A stretch of DNA of 64,000 nt, from positions 1-64,000 of the forward strand of contig JAUVXW010000007.1 in the NCBI GenBank assembly GCA_030603385.1, in the 5' to 3' direction. Positions within the stretch are counted from its first letter, which is position 1. Each line of letters opens with the position of its first letter. Below, in pieces: positions 50,999-60,993 of the stretch. The position numbers and the translations under genes were made by a program. Under the pieces are notes generated by a model. The model did not search any database. It had not been told where the DNA came from and worked only from the letters and a program-made list of their open reading frames with translations. Source of the DNA: Promethearchaeota archaeon (lineage in GTDB: Archaea > Asgardarchaeota > Lokiarchaeia > Sigyniarchaeales > SOKP01).

Positions 50999-51412
50999 AT
51001 GGCTGAAATGTTAACGGATCTTTTACAAAACATCTATAAGAGGATTGCACAGCTAGGAAAAGCAATACAGGACCTAAAAATCTCATTAGATGGCCTTAAT
51101 ACAAATATTGAAGAGAAAATTTCAAATTTAACAGAGAAATTGGAAGAATTTTCTAATGAAATTAATGTTACTCAGACTAAACATATTGATGCAGTAAAGG
51201 AAATTGGAGGAGAAACAACGAAAGAATTAAAAATAATACAAGAAGGCTTAGGATTGGATGCGCTTCAAAATTTAATTAAAAAACTTGAAGATTTTTCTAA
51301 TCTTTCTGAGGGAATACTTAATCAAGAGACAGTGAACCTATTATTATCGGAAGCTATCGATTCCGTAAAAGTTCTAAAAGAATCTCTTAAAGAAGAAGAG
51401 GTAATAGAATAA
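50999..51412 (+). CDS. Coiled-coil hypothetical protein
   Basis: Heptad-rich, acidic. Confidence 0.75.
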   Translation: MAEMLTDLLQNIYKRIAQLGKAIQDLKISLDGLNTNIEEKISNLTEKLEEFSNEINVTQTKHIDAVKEIGGETTKELKIIQEGLGLDALQNLIKKLEDFSNLSEGILNQETVNLLLSEAIDSVKVLKESLKEEEVIE

Positions 51413-51447
51413 AAAATTTTTAAATAAAATATGTAGGTGAGATAAAA

Positions 51448-51870
51448 TTGGCAGAACAATTATTAGAAGAGATGATTCAAAAAATTAATCAGATTATGAA
51501 CTCGTTAGATGGAACAATCGCTCAAATCAACCAAATGAGTGGTGCAATTACCCAAATGAGTCAGAGCTTCGCTGAACAAACAGTTGCGATGACTGAAAAT
51601 ATTAGACTAATTGTAGAGGTTTTAAAACAATTCAGAATTCAATCGAGTAATAGTTTAAAAGAATTGGCTGAAGATTTTAATAATAAAGTAAAAGAACTTT
51701 GGGATAAAAAATCGATTGAAGCAATTACAGAGGAAGAAAAGAAAGCTATTGATACAATAAAACAGGCATCAAAAGCAGTTGCAGATAATCTTTATTTTGC
51801 TCAATTATTGAATATTATCCAAAGTATTCGAGAAGAAACCAATAGGATAATTAGTACTAGTCAATCCTAA
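51448..51870 (+). CDS. Coiled-coil hypothetical protein, probable distant paralogue of the upstream gene
   Basis: MAEQLLEEMIQKI vs MAEMLTDLLQNI; similar length; AGGTGA SD before TTG. Confidence 0.75.
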   Translation: MAEQLLEEMIQKINQIMNSLDGTIAQINQMSGAITQMSQSFAEQTVAMTENIRLIVEVLKQFRIQSSNSLKELAEDFNNKVKELWDKKSIEAITEEEKKAIDTIKQASKAVADNLYFAQLLNIIQSIREETNRIISTSQS

Positions 51871-51935
51871 ACTATAAGAATTTAATTATAATAACTTGTT
51901 TTATATTTAAATAATTAAGAGGTGCATAATTTAAG

Positions 51936-52838
51936 ATGCCAACTGGCTGTTTTGTAGTATTACTCCCAACAGATTCAGATTATAAAATAATGGGGTATTA
52001 TTTTAAAGAAGGAAAATCGCAATTTGAAATAACCAATGATTTATTTCTAAGGTTAAATCTTGATCATTCAAAAAGCGATTACAATTTGTTAAAATTGAAA
52101 GAGGACCGAATTTTTTCTTATGTTTACAAATTAAAAGGAAAGTTGGCTAGAAAGGCTTCTGCAATTATAATAGGTTTGTTAATGACTGAAGAGGATGAAC
52201 CAGAAAAATTTCGTTCTTCTCTTAAAGAAGCAGTTGAAGCACTCGAGATGCCAAGTCTTAATATCTTAAGCAAATCCAAGGAAGAATTTGAATTTATATT
52301 AAAAGATATTTATTTTGAACATTTAGAACCATTGGTTGATATTCTTCAACCTGACGCGTTGAAGAATAACATTATAAATATAACTAAATTCATGTTAAGT
52401 GGTGGTAAAAAAGAAAGAAAGATCGCTCAAAACCTTTGGGAAAAAATTGAGAATGGTGAGCATATCAAAGTCTCTGATTTTTATAAATCAGCTGAAACTG
52501 CCATAAAATCTTTAGATTATGAAAAAGCCGCAAAATCATATAATAAAGCAGCGGAATTAGCTGAAGAATTATATATCATGGATATAGCAGCTTCATTAAA
52601 AGAGAAAGCAGAGTTCTCTCAAAAAATTCCAGAGTTATCAAAAGAAAGAGAAAAAATAGTACAAGAAGCACGTAATGCTTTAAGAAACGAGGATTTTCAT
52701 ACTGCTTATACTTCATACAGAAAAGCAGGTGAAATATCTAAAAAGCTAGTACAATTTGATAAAGAAGAGGAATTTAGGCTAAAATCTAAAGCTCTAGAAG
52801 ATTTTTATAAAATAGATCAGAAATATAAGAAAGAGTAA
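51936..52838 (+). CDS. Hypothetical protein: longin-like N-terminal alpha/beta domain plus TPR-like helical C-terminus
   Basis: Beta-rich N-terminus; DYEKAAKSYNKAAELAEEL and DFHTAYTSYRKAGEISKKL repeats. Confidence 0.6.
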   Translation: MPTGCFVVLLPTDSDYKIMGYYFKEGKSQFEITNDLFLRLNLDHSKSDYNLLKLKEDRIFSYVYKLKGKLARKASAIIIGLLMTEEDEPEKFRSSLKEAVEALEMPSLNILSKSKEEFEFILKDIYFEHLEPLVDILQPDALKNNIINITKFMLSGGKKERKIAQNLWEKIENGEHIKVSDFYKSAETAIKSLDYEKAAKSYNKAAELAEELYIMDIAASLKEKAEFSQKIPELSKEREKIVQEARNALRNEDFHTAYTSYRKAGEISKKLVQFDKEEEFRLKSKALEDFYKIDQKYKKE

Positions 52839-52934
52839 TTTTCATAAATTTTTTCTATGAGAATTTCTTGATGTGTTCATAAAATAGCATTAAAAAGTTC
52901 TTCTAAGAAGAATTCATCCACCTTTTTTGAAATA

Positions 52935-53762
52935 ATGGAAAGAATAATTGGATTAATAACTGATTTTGGATCTAGAGGCCAGCATTATGTAGCTGCAATG
53001 AAAGCAGTTATTTTGAAAATTAATCCCCTTGTAAAGATAATTGATATCTCCCATGATATTTCTCCTTATTCAATAATTGAGGCATCTTATATATTAAAAA
53101 CTACATATAAACATTTTCCTAAAGGAAGTATTTTTATAACTGTGGTTGATCCCGGAGTTGGTGGTTCGAGAGAAATTTTAGCCTTGAAAACAAATTTAAA
53201 TTATTTTTTTATTGGCCCTAATAACGGAATTTTTCCAAATGTATTTGATATATCTGAAATATCAGAATGTATTAATATTCAAAATCAAGAATATTTTAAT
53301 CATCCTGTATCAACAACTTTCCATGGAAGAGATATCATGGCACCAATAGGAGCTTATATCACGAGATATCAGAACTTTCCTTTGAGTGATCTTGGCCCAA
53401 AATTTAATTTTAACAATATAATAAAAATAATAATAACTAATGAAATAGACTTAGAAAATAGAAGTATAATTAGTTCGATACAATATATAGATTCTTTCGG
53501 AAATGGAACAACAACTATCCAAATGGTTGGGAATAAAATTAAAGATTTAGATTTAGCCTTAGAAGATGGTACAAAAATCAGTTTAATTATTAATCAGGAT
53601 AATTATGAAGGGATATTCACTACTCATTTTTCAAGTGTACCTATTGATTCATTGTTATTTCTTGTTGGCTCCACAGGATTCCTTGAAATTTCAATTAACC
53701 AGGGAAATGCATCCAAAAAATTAGGTTTTAAATCAGGAGATATTATAACTATACAAGTATAA
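52935..53762 (+). CDS. SAM hydroxide adenosyltransferase / halogenase family (DUF62)
   Basis: ITDFG, VVDPGVG, STTFHGRDIMAP, IDSFGN, GFLEISINQG. Confidence 0.93.
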   Translation: MERIIGLITDFGSRGQHYVAAMKAVILKINPLVKIIDISHDISPYSIIEASYILKTTYKHFPKGSIFITVVDPGVGGSREILALKTNLNYFFIGPNNGIFPNVFDISEISECINIQNQEYFNHPVSTTFHGRDIMAPIGAYITRYQNFPLSDLGPKFNFNNIIKIIITNEIDLENRSIISSIQYIDSFGNGTTTIQMVGNKIKDLDLALEDGTKISLIINQDNYEGIFTTHFSSVPIDSLLFLVGSTGFLEISINQGNASKKLGFKSGDIITIQV

Positions 53763-53777
53763 GAGGAAAAATTAAAT

Positions 53778-54920
53778 ATGAATAATGAAATCCTGGCATG
53801 TATTGATGACGAAAATATAAAATATTTACAATCAGGCCAAATTTCTAAATATATATATCCTATTGAAAGAAAAGAAGCACATGAGAAAAAAATCAGTCAT
53901 CTGATTACTCGATTTTTTATAATATCAAAATCACCTGAAGGAGAAATCAACTATTTAGTTCAAAAAAGGAGTAAAAGTAAAAGTTCTTATCCTGGGTATT
54001 TTACAGATTCTTCTTCTGGACATATCCAATGGACAAGAAATTTAGATCTTGTTAATATTAAAAAAAATGCTCTGAGAGAACTAGAAGAAGAGTTTGGAAT
54101 TCCATCAAAAGCTATCCAAAAGGTTAGATTTTATGAGTTAGGTGATGAAGAAGATAATAAAACAAAAGAAATAGCTTACGTTTTTCTTGGATTAGTTGAT
54201 TATGAAATACCTTTAAATCCTGATCCTGAAGAGTTAGATATTGAACAAAGTAGATTCTATAATAAAATTGAACTGGTTAATTTATTAAAAAATGAGAAAT
54301 CAGTTGATCATAGCAGAAAAATCTGGAGAATAATCTTAAATACTGATATTGACTCTCTTTTTGAAAAAAAATTGGGCTTGAAAAGAACTTCTAGTAATGG
54401 CACTGCTTTATTTATAGGAAGATTTCAACCATTACATCATGGACATATATACGTCCTTCGGAATATTTTAAAATCATATAAAAAAATAAAAATTGGAATA
54501 GGTAGCTCTCAATTATCAAATAAAATTAATGATCCATTTACAAGTACGGAAAGAGAAGAATTCTTAAAAGCTATTTTCAAGAAAAGAAATATCTCCCCTA
54601 AAAGATACGAGGTTTATCATATACCAGATATTTTTAACGCGAAGAAATGGGTAGATCATGTAGTTTCCATTGTTGGTGAATTCAATGCTCTTTTCTCAAA
54701 TAGCGATTGGATAAGAGCATTATTTCAAAATAAGGGTTTTAAAGTAGAGAAGAAAATCGCAATTTTTAAAAATAAATTCAATGCTAGTAATATTAGACGC
54801 TTAATCATTAAAAATAATAGATCTTGGAAACTATTAGTACCAAAAGAAGTTATAGAATTAATTGAAGAGTTTGATGGAATTAATCGTTTGAAATCTCTTA
54901 ATACCGCTGATAATTTATGA
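53778..54920 (+). CDS. Nudix domain fused to nicotinamide-nucleotide adenylyltransferase
   Basis: N-terminal Nudix box (GH...ALRELEEEFG); C-terminal FIGRFQPLHHGH, GSSQ...DPFT, NASNIR. Confidence 0.88.
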   Translation: MNNEILACIDDENIKYLQSGQISKYIYPIERKEAHEKKISHLITRFFIISKSPEGEINYLVQKRSKSKSSYPGYFTDSSSGHIQWTRNLDLVNIKKNALRELEEEFGIPSKAIQKVRFYELGDEEDNKTKEIAYVFLGLVDYEIPLNPDPEELDIEQSRFYNKIELVNLLKNEKSVDHSRKIWRIILNTDIDSLFEKKLGLKRTSSNGTALFIGRFQPLHHGHIYVLRNILKSYKKIKIGIGSSQLSNKINDPFTSTEREEFLKAIFKKRNISPKRYEVYHIPDIFNAKKWVDHVVSIVGEFNALFSNSDWIRALFQNKGFKVEKKIAIFKNKFNASNIRRLIIKNNRSWKLLVPKEVIELIEEFDGINRLKSLNTADNL

Positions 54921-55990
54921 AAACAGGAAAAATTGTAGAAATTGACGGTTCTTTTGGAGAAGGAGGAGGTGCTATACTCAGATTAGCAGCAGGATTCTCT
55001 CATTTATTTAACATTCCTATAAAGATAAGAAATATTCGTGCTAATCGTCCCAAGCCAGGATTAAGAACACAGCATTTACGGGGTCTAAAAATAATAACAG
55101 AATTAACAAAAAGCAGATTAAGTGATTGTAAAATAGGGACTGAAGAACTTACTTTTATCCCAAATCCTAAACGAGAAATAGGTAATTATCTTCATGTAGA
55201 TATTAGTACTGCTGCAAGTCTTGGATTATTATTGCAGCCAATTCAAATAGCAAGTCTGGGTTTTAAAAATAGAGAGAAGATCGAGATTTCTCTCTCAGGG
55301 GGTGGTACTTTTGGTAAGTGGGCTCCAAGTCTTAATTATCTTCAAGAAGTTACGTATAAGATTTTCAAAAATTCGGGATTAAATATTGAACTTGAAATCC
55401 AAAAACAAGGTTTTTATCCCAAAGGTGGAGCTCGAATAATATGTGATATATTTCCTTTAAAAACAATGCTAAATCCAATTAATTTGACTGAGTTAGGAAA
55501 CATCGATTTAATTCAAGGAGAAATTATTATTACTAAACAACTAATGCGAAGCAGAGACAATATTGGAACAAGAATAAAAAAATCTATCCAGCAACAAATA
55601 AAAAGAGATTTAAAAGTTGAGACTGATATAAAATTTATTTGTGTGGATTCAACAAGTCCAGGAGTAGGCCTTTCTTTATGGGCTCATTCAGATACGGGAG
55701 CAATTATTTCTACAGGAACAATATTAGGAGAAAGAAAAATAAGATCTGAAGATTTAGGAAAAATAGCTGCTAATGAAATAATTAAATATGTTAAAAATGA
55801 TATCCCCGTTGACAATTATTTAAGTGACCAATTAATTCCATTAATGGCTTATGTTAAGAAACCTTCAAGAATCAAAATACACCAAATAACAAGCCACACA
55901 CAAACTAATCTGGAATTAGTTAAATTATTTACACAACGTGATTATCGTATTACAAAAGAAAATAATAGTTTTATCTTAGAATACCCTTGA
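54917..55990 (+). CDS. rtcA: RNA 3'-terminal phosphate cyclase
   Basis: IDGSFGEGGGAILR, IRANRPKPGLRTQH, GFYPKGG, DQLIP, TSHTQTN. Confidence 0.93.
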   Translation: MKTGKIVEIDGSFGEGGGAILRLAAGFSHLFNIPIKIRNIRANRPKPGLRTQHLRGLKIITELTKSRLSDCKIGTEELTFIPNPKREIGNYLHVDISTAASLGLLLQPIQIASLGFKNREKIEISLSGGGTFGKWAPSLNYLQEVTYKIFKNSGLNIELEIQKQGFYPKGGARIICDIFPLKTMLNPINLTELGNIDLIQGEIIITKQLMRSRDNIGTRIKKSIQQQIKRDLKVETDIKFICVDSTSPGVGLSLWAHSDTGAIISTGTILGERKIRSEDLGKIAANEIIKYVKNDIPVDNYLSDQLIPLMAYVKKPSRIKIHQITSHTQTNLELVKLFTQRDYRITKENNSFILEYP

Positions 55991-56158
55991 GAAATTGATA
56001 TTGTTCAAATTCTTATTATGATAGAGTAATAAATAGATAAGAACCAATAAATATACACAGTATTGAATACGGATATAATAAAAATTTAAAAGAAATTTTT
56101 ATAAGATTAATTTATTATATGTTTATTATAAAAAATTTTAGGATGCTGTGAAAATTTT

Positions 56159-57082
56159 TTGTCTCAAGTCGCTTCATTCCAACGTTGTCCTAGATGTGGA
56201 AATGAGAATACTGCTGATAGTTTTGCCTGCAACTTCTGTGGTTTTCGTCTAAAAGTTGAGAAGATTGAAACTGTACGCTTTTTTAGAAGATACGAAGCAG
56301 AATGGGTAAATCCATATCCATGGTATTTGAAAATCCTTTATCTCTTTATTTCTGCTAACAAAGCTTTCTGGGACATCAACCACAAAAGAAGTAAGGCTCC
56401 AGGTTGGCTGATTTTATTGTTTAGTTCTTTACTCTATGGACTTATGGGCTTAGCGTTTTTTTCTCATTTTAATTTTGCTGGAATTGATACTTATTCTTTA
56501 ACCCGATTGTTATATAATTTGATCTTCTTTGCTACCTTTTTCATTTTTGGATTCATAACTCAGTTGATCTTCTTTGCGATTTTGATTTGGTTATTTACAA
56601 AAGGAGCGAATGTTGCAGTCGGATTCACTCAAAGATTAGAAACACGCTTTGGAGGGTTAAAAGAAACCCAAGAGAAATATAAAGAAGCAGAGATAAGCCC
56701 GTTTAGTATTTATAAGGGTGGTACTATGCTACAATTAGAAGGTGCTTATAAATTTAGAATGATGTTATGTGCTTTTACCCCATTCTTACTTATTAATGCA
56801 ATTAAAGTTCTCATTGTTCTCGTTGGCTTCCCAAATGTAAGTACTTCTACTGCACTTCCATTTGATGATACTATATTTAACCAAATGTTTGCGTCTGGAA
56901 CTTGGGCAGTTTTAGATGTGATTGATGCTTTAACTATCGCTATTTGGGTACCCATTTTGATAACTTTATCTATTAGAGAACTAAGTAATTCTTCTACCAC
57001 TCGTGTATTAATTCCAACTATTATAATTGGTGTTCTTGTAGCAATATTGTACTATTTCTTACGTCCAACGTTATTAGGTTAA
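56159..57082 (+). CDS. Zn-ribbon plus Yip1-like multi-pass membrane protein
   Basis: CPRCG...CNFCG then about five TM helices with a Yip1-like layout. Confidence 0.65.
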   Translation: MSQVASFQRCPRCGNENTADSFACNFCGFRLKVEKIETVRFFRRYEAEWVNPYPWYLKILYLFISANKAFWDINHKRSKAPGWLILLFSSLLYGLMGLAFFSHFNFAGIDTYSLTRLLYNLIFFATFFIFGFITQLIFFAILIWLFTKGANVAVGFTQRLETRFGGLKETQEKYKEAEISPFSIYKGGTMLQLEGAYKFRMMLCAFTPFLLINAIKVLIVLVGFPNVSTSTALPFDDTIFNQMFASGTWAVLDVIDALTIAIWVPILITLSIRELSNSSTTRVLIPTIIIGVLVAILYYFLRPTLLG

Positions 57083-57134
57083 GGTTTTTAGCTAATATTC
57101 AAAAATTTAAAAAGCTCCATTCGAAATAATTAAA

Positions 57135-57791
57135 ATGGTAGAAGAAAACAATTTTAGTTTAGAAGAAGAATCTGATTTTGAATCTGAATTATATGCTTTA
57201 GTTAATACCATTCTAAATGCATATGAAAAATATAAAAATGGAGCCATAAAAGAATACTTTTTCCATAAAAAAGTCAAAAATACAATTAACGAATTATTAA
57301 AATTTAATATTTATTTAGACGAAAATGATATTAATCTTTCTGTACTCCTTAAGAAAATGAATTTTACTAACCAATACTTTACTACAATTGATATCATTAA
57401 TCAAATGTCAGCATTAGAATTCCCTAACACCTTCTCTGAAAGATATGGAAAAGAACAATCTCGATCTTCCAAAGATTTGAGTTCAACAGTATTAGAACTC
57501 CCAGCGATTACTTTAGAAATAACATCAACCTTTATTACGTTAATGGATGCTTTGAAGCTAAAAGGCTTTCAAGAGATTGAACTTGTAGATAATTTATTTA
57601 AAGATCTAAATAAGAGTTTAAAAAAATTTCCTGGAATGGACAATCTTCTCACAAAAGTTAAAAGAATACACAAACGCACTTTAACAAAATCTCATAACAT
57701 AGATAAAGCTAAAAGATTGATCGAGGAAATTGTAGATGAAATATATCAAATCTTCATAGAATTCCAAAACAAATTAAATCTAAAAGCCTAA
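57135..57791 (+). CDS. Vps28-like (ESCRT-I) protein
   Basis: ESELYALVNTI...EKYKNGAI and FITLMDALKL...LFKDLNKSL match eukaryotic Vps28 N- and C-domain motifs. Confidence 0.8.
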   Translation: MVEENNFSLEEESDFESELYALVNTILNAYEKYKNGAIKEYFFHKKVKNTINELLKFNIYLDENDINLSVLLKKMNFTNQYFTTIDIINQMSALEFPNTFSERYGKEQSRSSKDLSSTVLELPAITLEITSTFITLMDALKLKGFQEIELVDNLFKDLNKSLKKFPGMDNLLTKVKRIHKRTLTKSHNIDKAKRLIEEIVDEIYQIFIEFQNKLNLKA

Positions 57792-57883
57792 TTAAAACAA
57801 TAAAATTAATATTCTTTCTATACTTTAAAATTATATTAGCTTTATTAGTATCGCTTTAAAACTAAACATATAAGGTAATTATT

Positions 57884-58153
57884 ATTCCACGTCCAGGATT
57901 AAGATCCAAAGCTCAAGCTAGGAAGAAGGTAAGAACGCCAGGAAATAGAAATGTTTCCCATTATTGGAGAAGAAAACCTAAAAGAGCACACTGTGCCATT
58001 TGTAAAAGACCTATCCAATCTATTCCACGATTACGACCCTCTGAAATGAGAAAGACAGATAAAACTGCTAGAAGAGCAAATAGAATTGAAAGTGGAAGGT
58101 ATTGCGCTAAATGCCTTCAAACAATGATAAAAGAGGCAGTTTGGAACCAATAA
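57884..58153 (+). CDS. rpl34e: 50S ribosomal protein L34e, apparent ATT start; not in ORF track
   Basis: (M)PRPGLRSK...VRTPGNRNVSHY..RKPKRAHCAICKRP...NRIESGRYCAKCL; sits upstream of cmk and L14e as in the conserved archaeal order. Confidence 0.92.
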   Translation: MPRPGLRSKAQARKKVRTPGNRNVSHYWRRKPKRAHCAICKRPIQSIPRLRPSEMRKTDKTARRANRIESGRYCAKCLQTMIKEAVWNQ

Positions 58154-58245
58154 TCTTTTTTTCATTTGATCACATTCTTTTATTTAGTTACTAAAATTTC
58201 ATTAATTGATTTGAAATATTATCAATCCCCTAATTTAAAATAATA

Positions 58246-58779
58246 ATGATTTTAACAATATCTGGACTTCATGGAACTGGAAAAAGTACAATAGGAAAAC
58301 TAGTTGCTGAAAAATTAGGAATCAAGTATTATAGCACAGGAGAAGCTTTTAGAGATCTTGCAAAAGAAATGAATTTAACCTTGGAAGAGTTCACAGAATA
58401 TGTAGAAAACAATCCTAACATCGATAAAAAATTAGATCATAAAATAATTGAAATCGCACAAAAAGGGGATATAATTATTGACGGTCAACTAAGTGCTCAC
58501 TTTCTTGAATCAGTTACGAACTTTAAAATATTATTAATCTGTCCATTAGAGATACGAGTTGAGAGAATGGCTGAAAGGGATAATACATCCTATAATAAAA
58601 AATTGAAAGAAACGATAATGAGAGAAGATTCTGAATTAAATCGATATAAAAAACTCTACAATATTGATCTAAAAGATGAAGAGAAAATAGCAAAACTCTA
58701 TGACTTGATTATAGATACCGAAAACTTGACTGTTGATGAAGTTTTTGAACAAATTCTTACTGCAGTAAAAAAATTATAA
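58246..58779 (+). CDS. cmk: Cytidylate kinase, archaeal type
   Basis: TISGLHGTGKST, STGEAFRDLAKE, RYKKLYNID, YDLIIDT; located between L34e and L14e. Confidence 0.9.
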   Translation: MILTISGLHGTGKSTIGKLVAEKLGIKYYSTGEAFRDLAKEMNLTLEEFTEYVENNPNIDKKLDHKIIEIAQKGDIIIDGQLSAHFLESVTNFKILLICPLEIRVERMAERDNTSYNKKLKETIMREDSELNRYKKLYNIDLKDEEKIAKLYDLIIDTENLTVDEVFEQILTAVKKL

Positions 58780-58895
58780 TTTGGTTTAGATATCCCAAAA
58801 ATCAAAAATAATTTATTCTTGTATAAATTTACTAACTTACTAAAAAATGTAATAATTTACTGGAAGTATCAAATACCAGTAATCATAAAAGTAGT

Positions 58896-59183
58896 TTGGT
58901 GACAAATTATATGAGTGTTTATGATATAGGACGACTCTGCGTCAAGACTATGGGAAGAGAAACAGGCCATTATTGTATTATTGTTGACGTCATTGATAAA
59001 AATTATTTATTAATTGATGGCTTAAAAGTTAAAAGAAGAAGAGTTAATTTCAGGCATATTGAACCATTAGCAGAAACTATTGAAATCAAAAAAGGAGCTA
59101 AACATGAAGACGTCGAAGCTGCCATTAAAAAAGCTAAATTAGAAAAAAAGATGAATGAAGCTGTTTCTATTCCTATTAAATGA
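58896..59183 (+). CDS. rpl14e: 50S ribosomal protein L14e (start may be ATG 58911)
   Basis: IGRLCVKTMGRETG..CIIVDVIDKNYLLIDG..VKRRRVNFRHIEP. Confidence 0.95.
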   Translation: MVTNYMSVYDIGRLCVKTMGRETGHYCIIVDVIDKNYLLIDGLKVKRRRVNFRHIEPLAETIEIKKGAKHEDVEAAIKKAKLEKKMNEAVSIPIK

Positions 59184-59409
59184 ATTATTCCCTTTTTTTT
59201 AGATTAATAATTAATTTTATTACTTTTTTTTGGATTAGTAAATTTTTCAATTAGTCTTTTTCCAATTCTTTACCTACAATTCCATAGTTGATTTAAAGCT
59301 TGTTCTAAGCAATATTATTCTTTCTAATCAAGTTTTTTTGAAGAATTATTTGAACATTCATCTTTATTTATATAGAAATAATGACTAATTTATCTTAGAG
59401 AACCATTAT

Positions 59410-60927
59410 ATGATAGAGTATGAAATTAACGAGTTCCTCGCTCTAAAGTTGGAGGAGGGTAAAACTCAAATTTATGTTAATGGTAAGAAATTTCTTCAGT
59501 GTACAAGGTTAGCTATAACCATTCCGAAACAAAGCATTCCGATATATAATAGTATCGATTCTATAGATGAGGCTGCCGATTTGTATCAAAAACATTTATA
59601 TCAAAATAAAATAGTGGAGGGGCCTAATGCACGAGTCTTACGTGATGAAGTTCATGATATAACTCCCGAGCAAGAATTTTGGGGGCATTGTTCCAACTTA
59701 CAAGCGTGGTACGAACATAATTATGATACTCGACTGCTACATAGTAACATAGCATTTCACTTATTAAAAGCATTGGTTGATGCGGGGGACCCTGATGCAA
59801 AAAGAGTCTTCAAAACAGAGATTGCAGACCGTTTCGAAAGTGGTTATCCAAACACGATTATATCTATCTTTGCAGCAAGATTAATAGATTATTTTAGTCC
59901 AGAAGAAAAAAAGCAATTAATCCAATACAATTTTCCTGTTATTTTAAAGTATATAGAAAAAATATCGAAGCATTATCTAAACATGTTTCCATATATCTTT
60001 GAGGAAAAATTATTAGATTATTTAAATTCAGAAGAAAAAACACAATTAATGCAACTAAATTATCCTGTTATCTTAAAATATATACAAAAAATATCGCGAT
60101 CGAGGTATTATCCCAAAGCGATTCGATATGTCTTTGAGGAAATATTATTCGATCATTTACGTCCAGAAGAAATAAATCAATTAATCAAACACAATTTTCC
60201 TCTTATCTTAAGGGATATAGAAAAAATAGGGAAGCATTACCCAAATATGTTTTTATATCTTTTTGAGGAAAGATTGCTACATTATTTAAGTGAAGTAGAA
60301 AAACTAGTCTTAGTCCAAAAGAATTATCCTATTATCTTAAAATATTTAATAAATTTGAAGTATTATCCCGACAAGTTTATCTATATCTTTGATGCAGGAA
60401 TCTTAGATTATTTGCATCCAGAAGATAAAAGCCAATTAATCCAACAGAATTATCTTATTATCTTTAAAAATATACAAAAAATATTGAAACCAGAGATTGC
60501 GGAAGAACTCCCTGTTCTGTTTTATCCAAAAAGGTTAGTAGATATCTTTGAGGAAAGGTTATTTGATTACTTAAACCCAGAAGAAAAAAAGCAATTAATC
60601 CAACAGAATTTTCCCGTTCTCTTAATTTACATACGAATAATATCGGAACAGTATAATTTTGAGCAGCAGAGGCCAGAATCTGAAGTCAAAATTTCAGATA
60701 AAACCCTTTCTTACATATATATAACCGTAATTAATGCGATAAAAGGAACAAAATTAATAGATGATTTTTTTAATGCCCTTGCTGATCTTTTATACCTTGG
60801 TTCTAAAATATTTATTGCTATGTTAGGGGCGATAGGTTCAATTAAAACTTCAAAAAGTAACTGGCGCGACGTGTTCTCTGCTTTCAGGAACGTTCTCGCG
60901 GAAGAGAGAAAGAAAATTGAAGAATGA
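59410..60927 (+). CDS. Lokiarchaeia-type paralogous family protein with six ~43-aa helical repeats
   Basis: N-domain LKLEEGKTQIYVNG...PEQEFWGHCSNLQAWYEHNYDTRLLHSNIAF; repeats of IFEExLxDYLxPEEKxQLIQxNxPxILKYI. Confidence 0.75.
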   Translation: MIEYEINEFLALKLEEGKTQIYVNGKKFLQCTRLAITIPKQSIPIYNSIDSIDEAADLYQKHLYQNKIVEGPNARVLRDEVHDITPEQEFWGHCSNLQAWYEHNYDTRLLHSNIAFHLLKALVDAGDPDAKRVFKTEIADRFESGYPNTIISIFAARLIDYFSPEEKKQLIQYNFPVILKYIEKISKHYLNMFPYIFEEKLLDYLNSEEKTQLMQLNYPVILKYIQKISRSRYYPKAIRYVFEEILFDHLRPEEINQLIKHNFPLILRDIEKIGKHYPNMFLYLFEERLLHYLSEVEKLVLVQKNYPIILKYLINLKYYPDKFIYIFDAGILDYLHPEDKSQLIQQNYLIIFKNIQKILKPEIAEELPVLFYPKRLVDIFEERLFDYLNPEEKKQLIQQNFPVLLIYIRIISEQYNFEQQRPESEVKISDKTLSYIYITVINAIKGTKLIDDFFNALADLLYLGSKIFIAMLGAIGSIKTSKSNWRDVFSAFRNVLAEERKKIEE

Positions 60928-60993
60928 AAGCAAAAAGAAAATAAGAGAGCAACTAAAAAATCAAATTTAAAAAAGAAATATTTTAAAAAAGAA

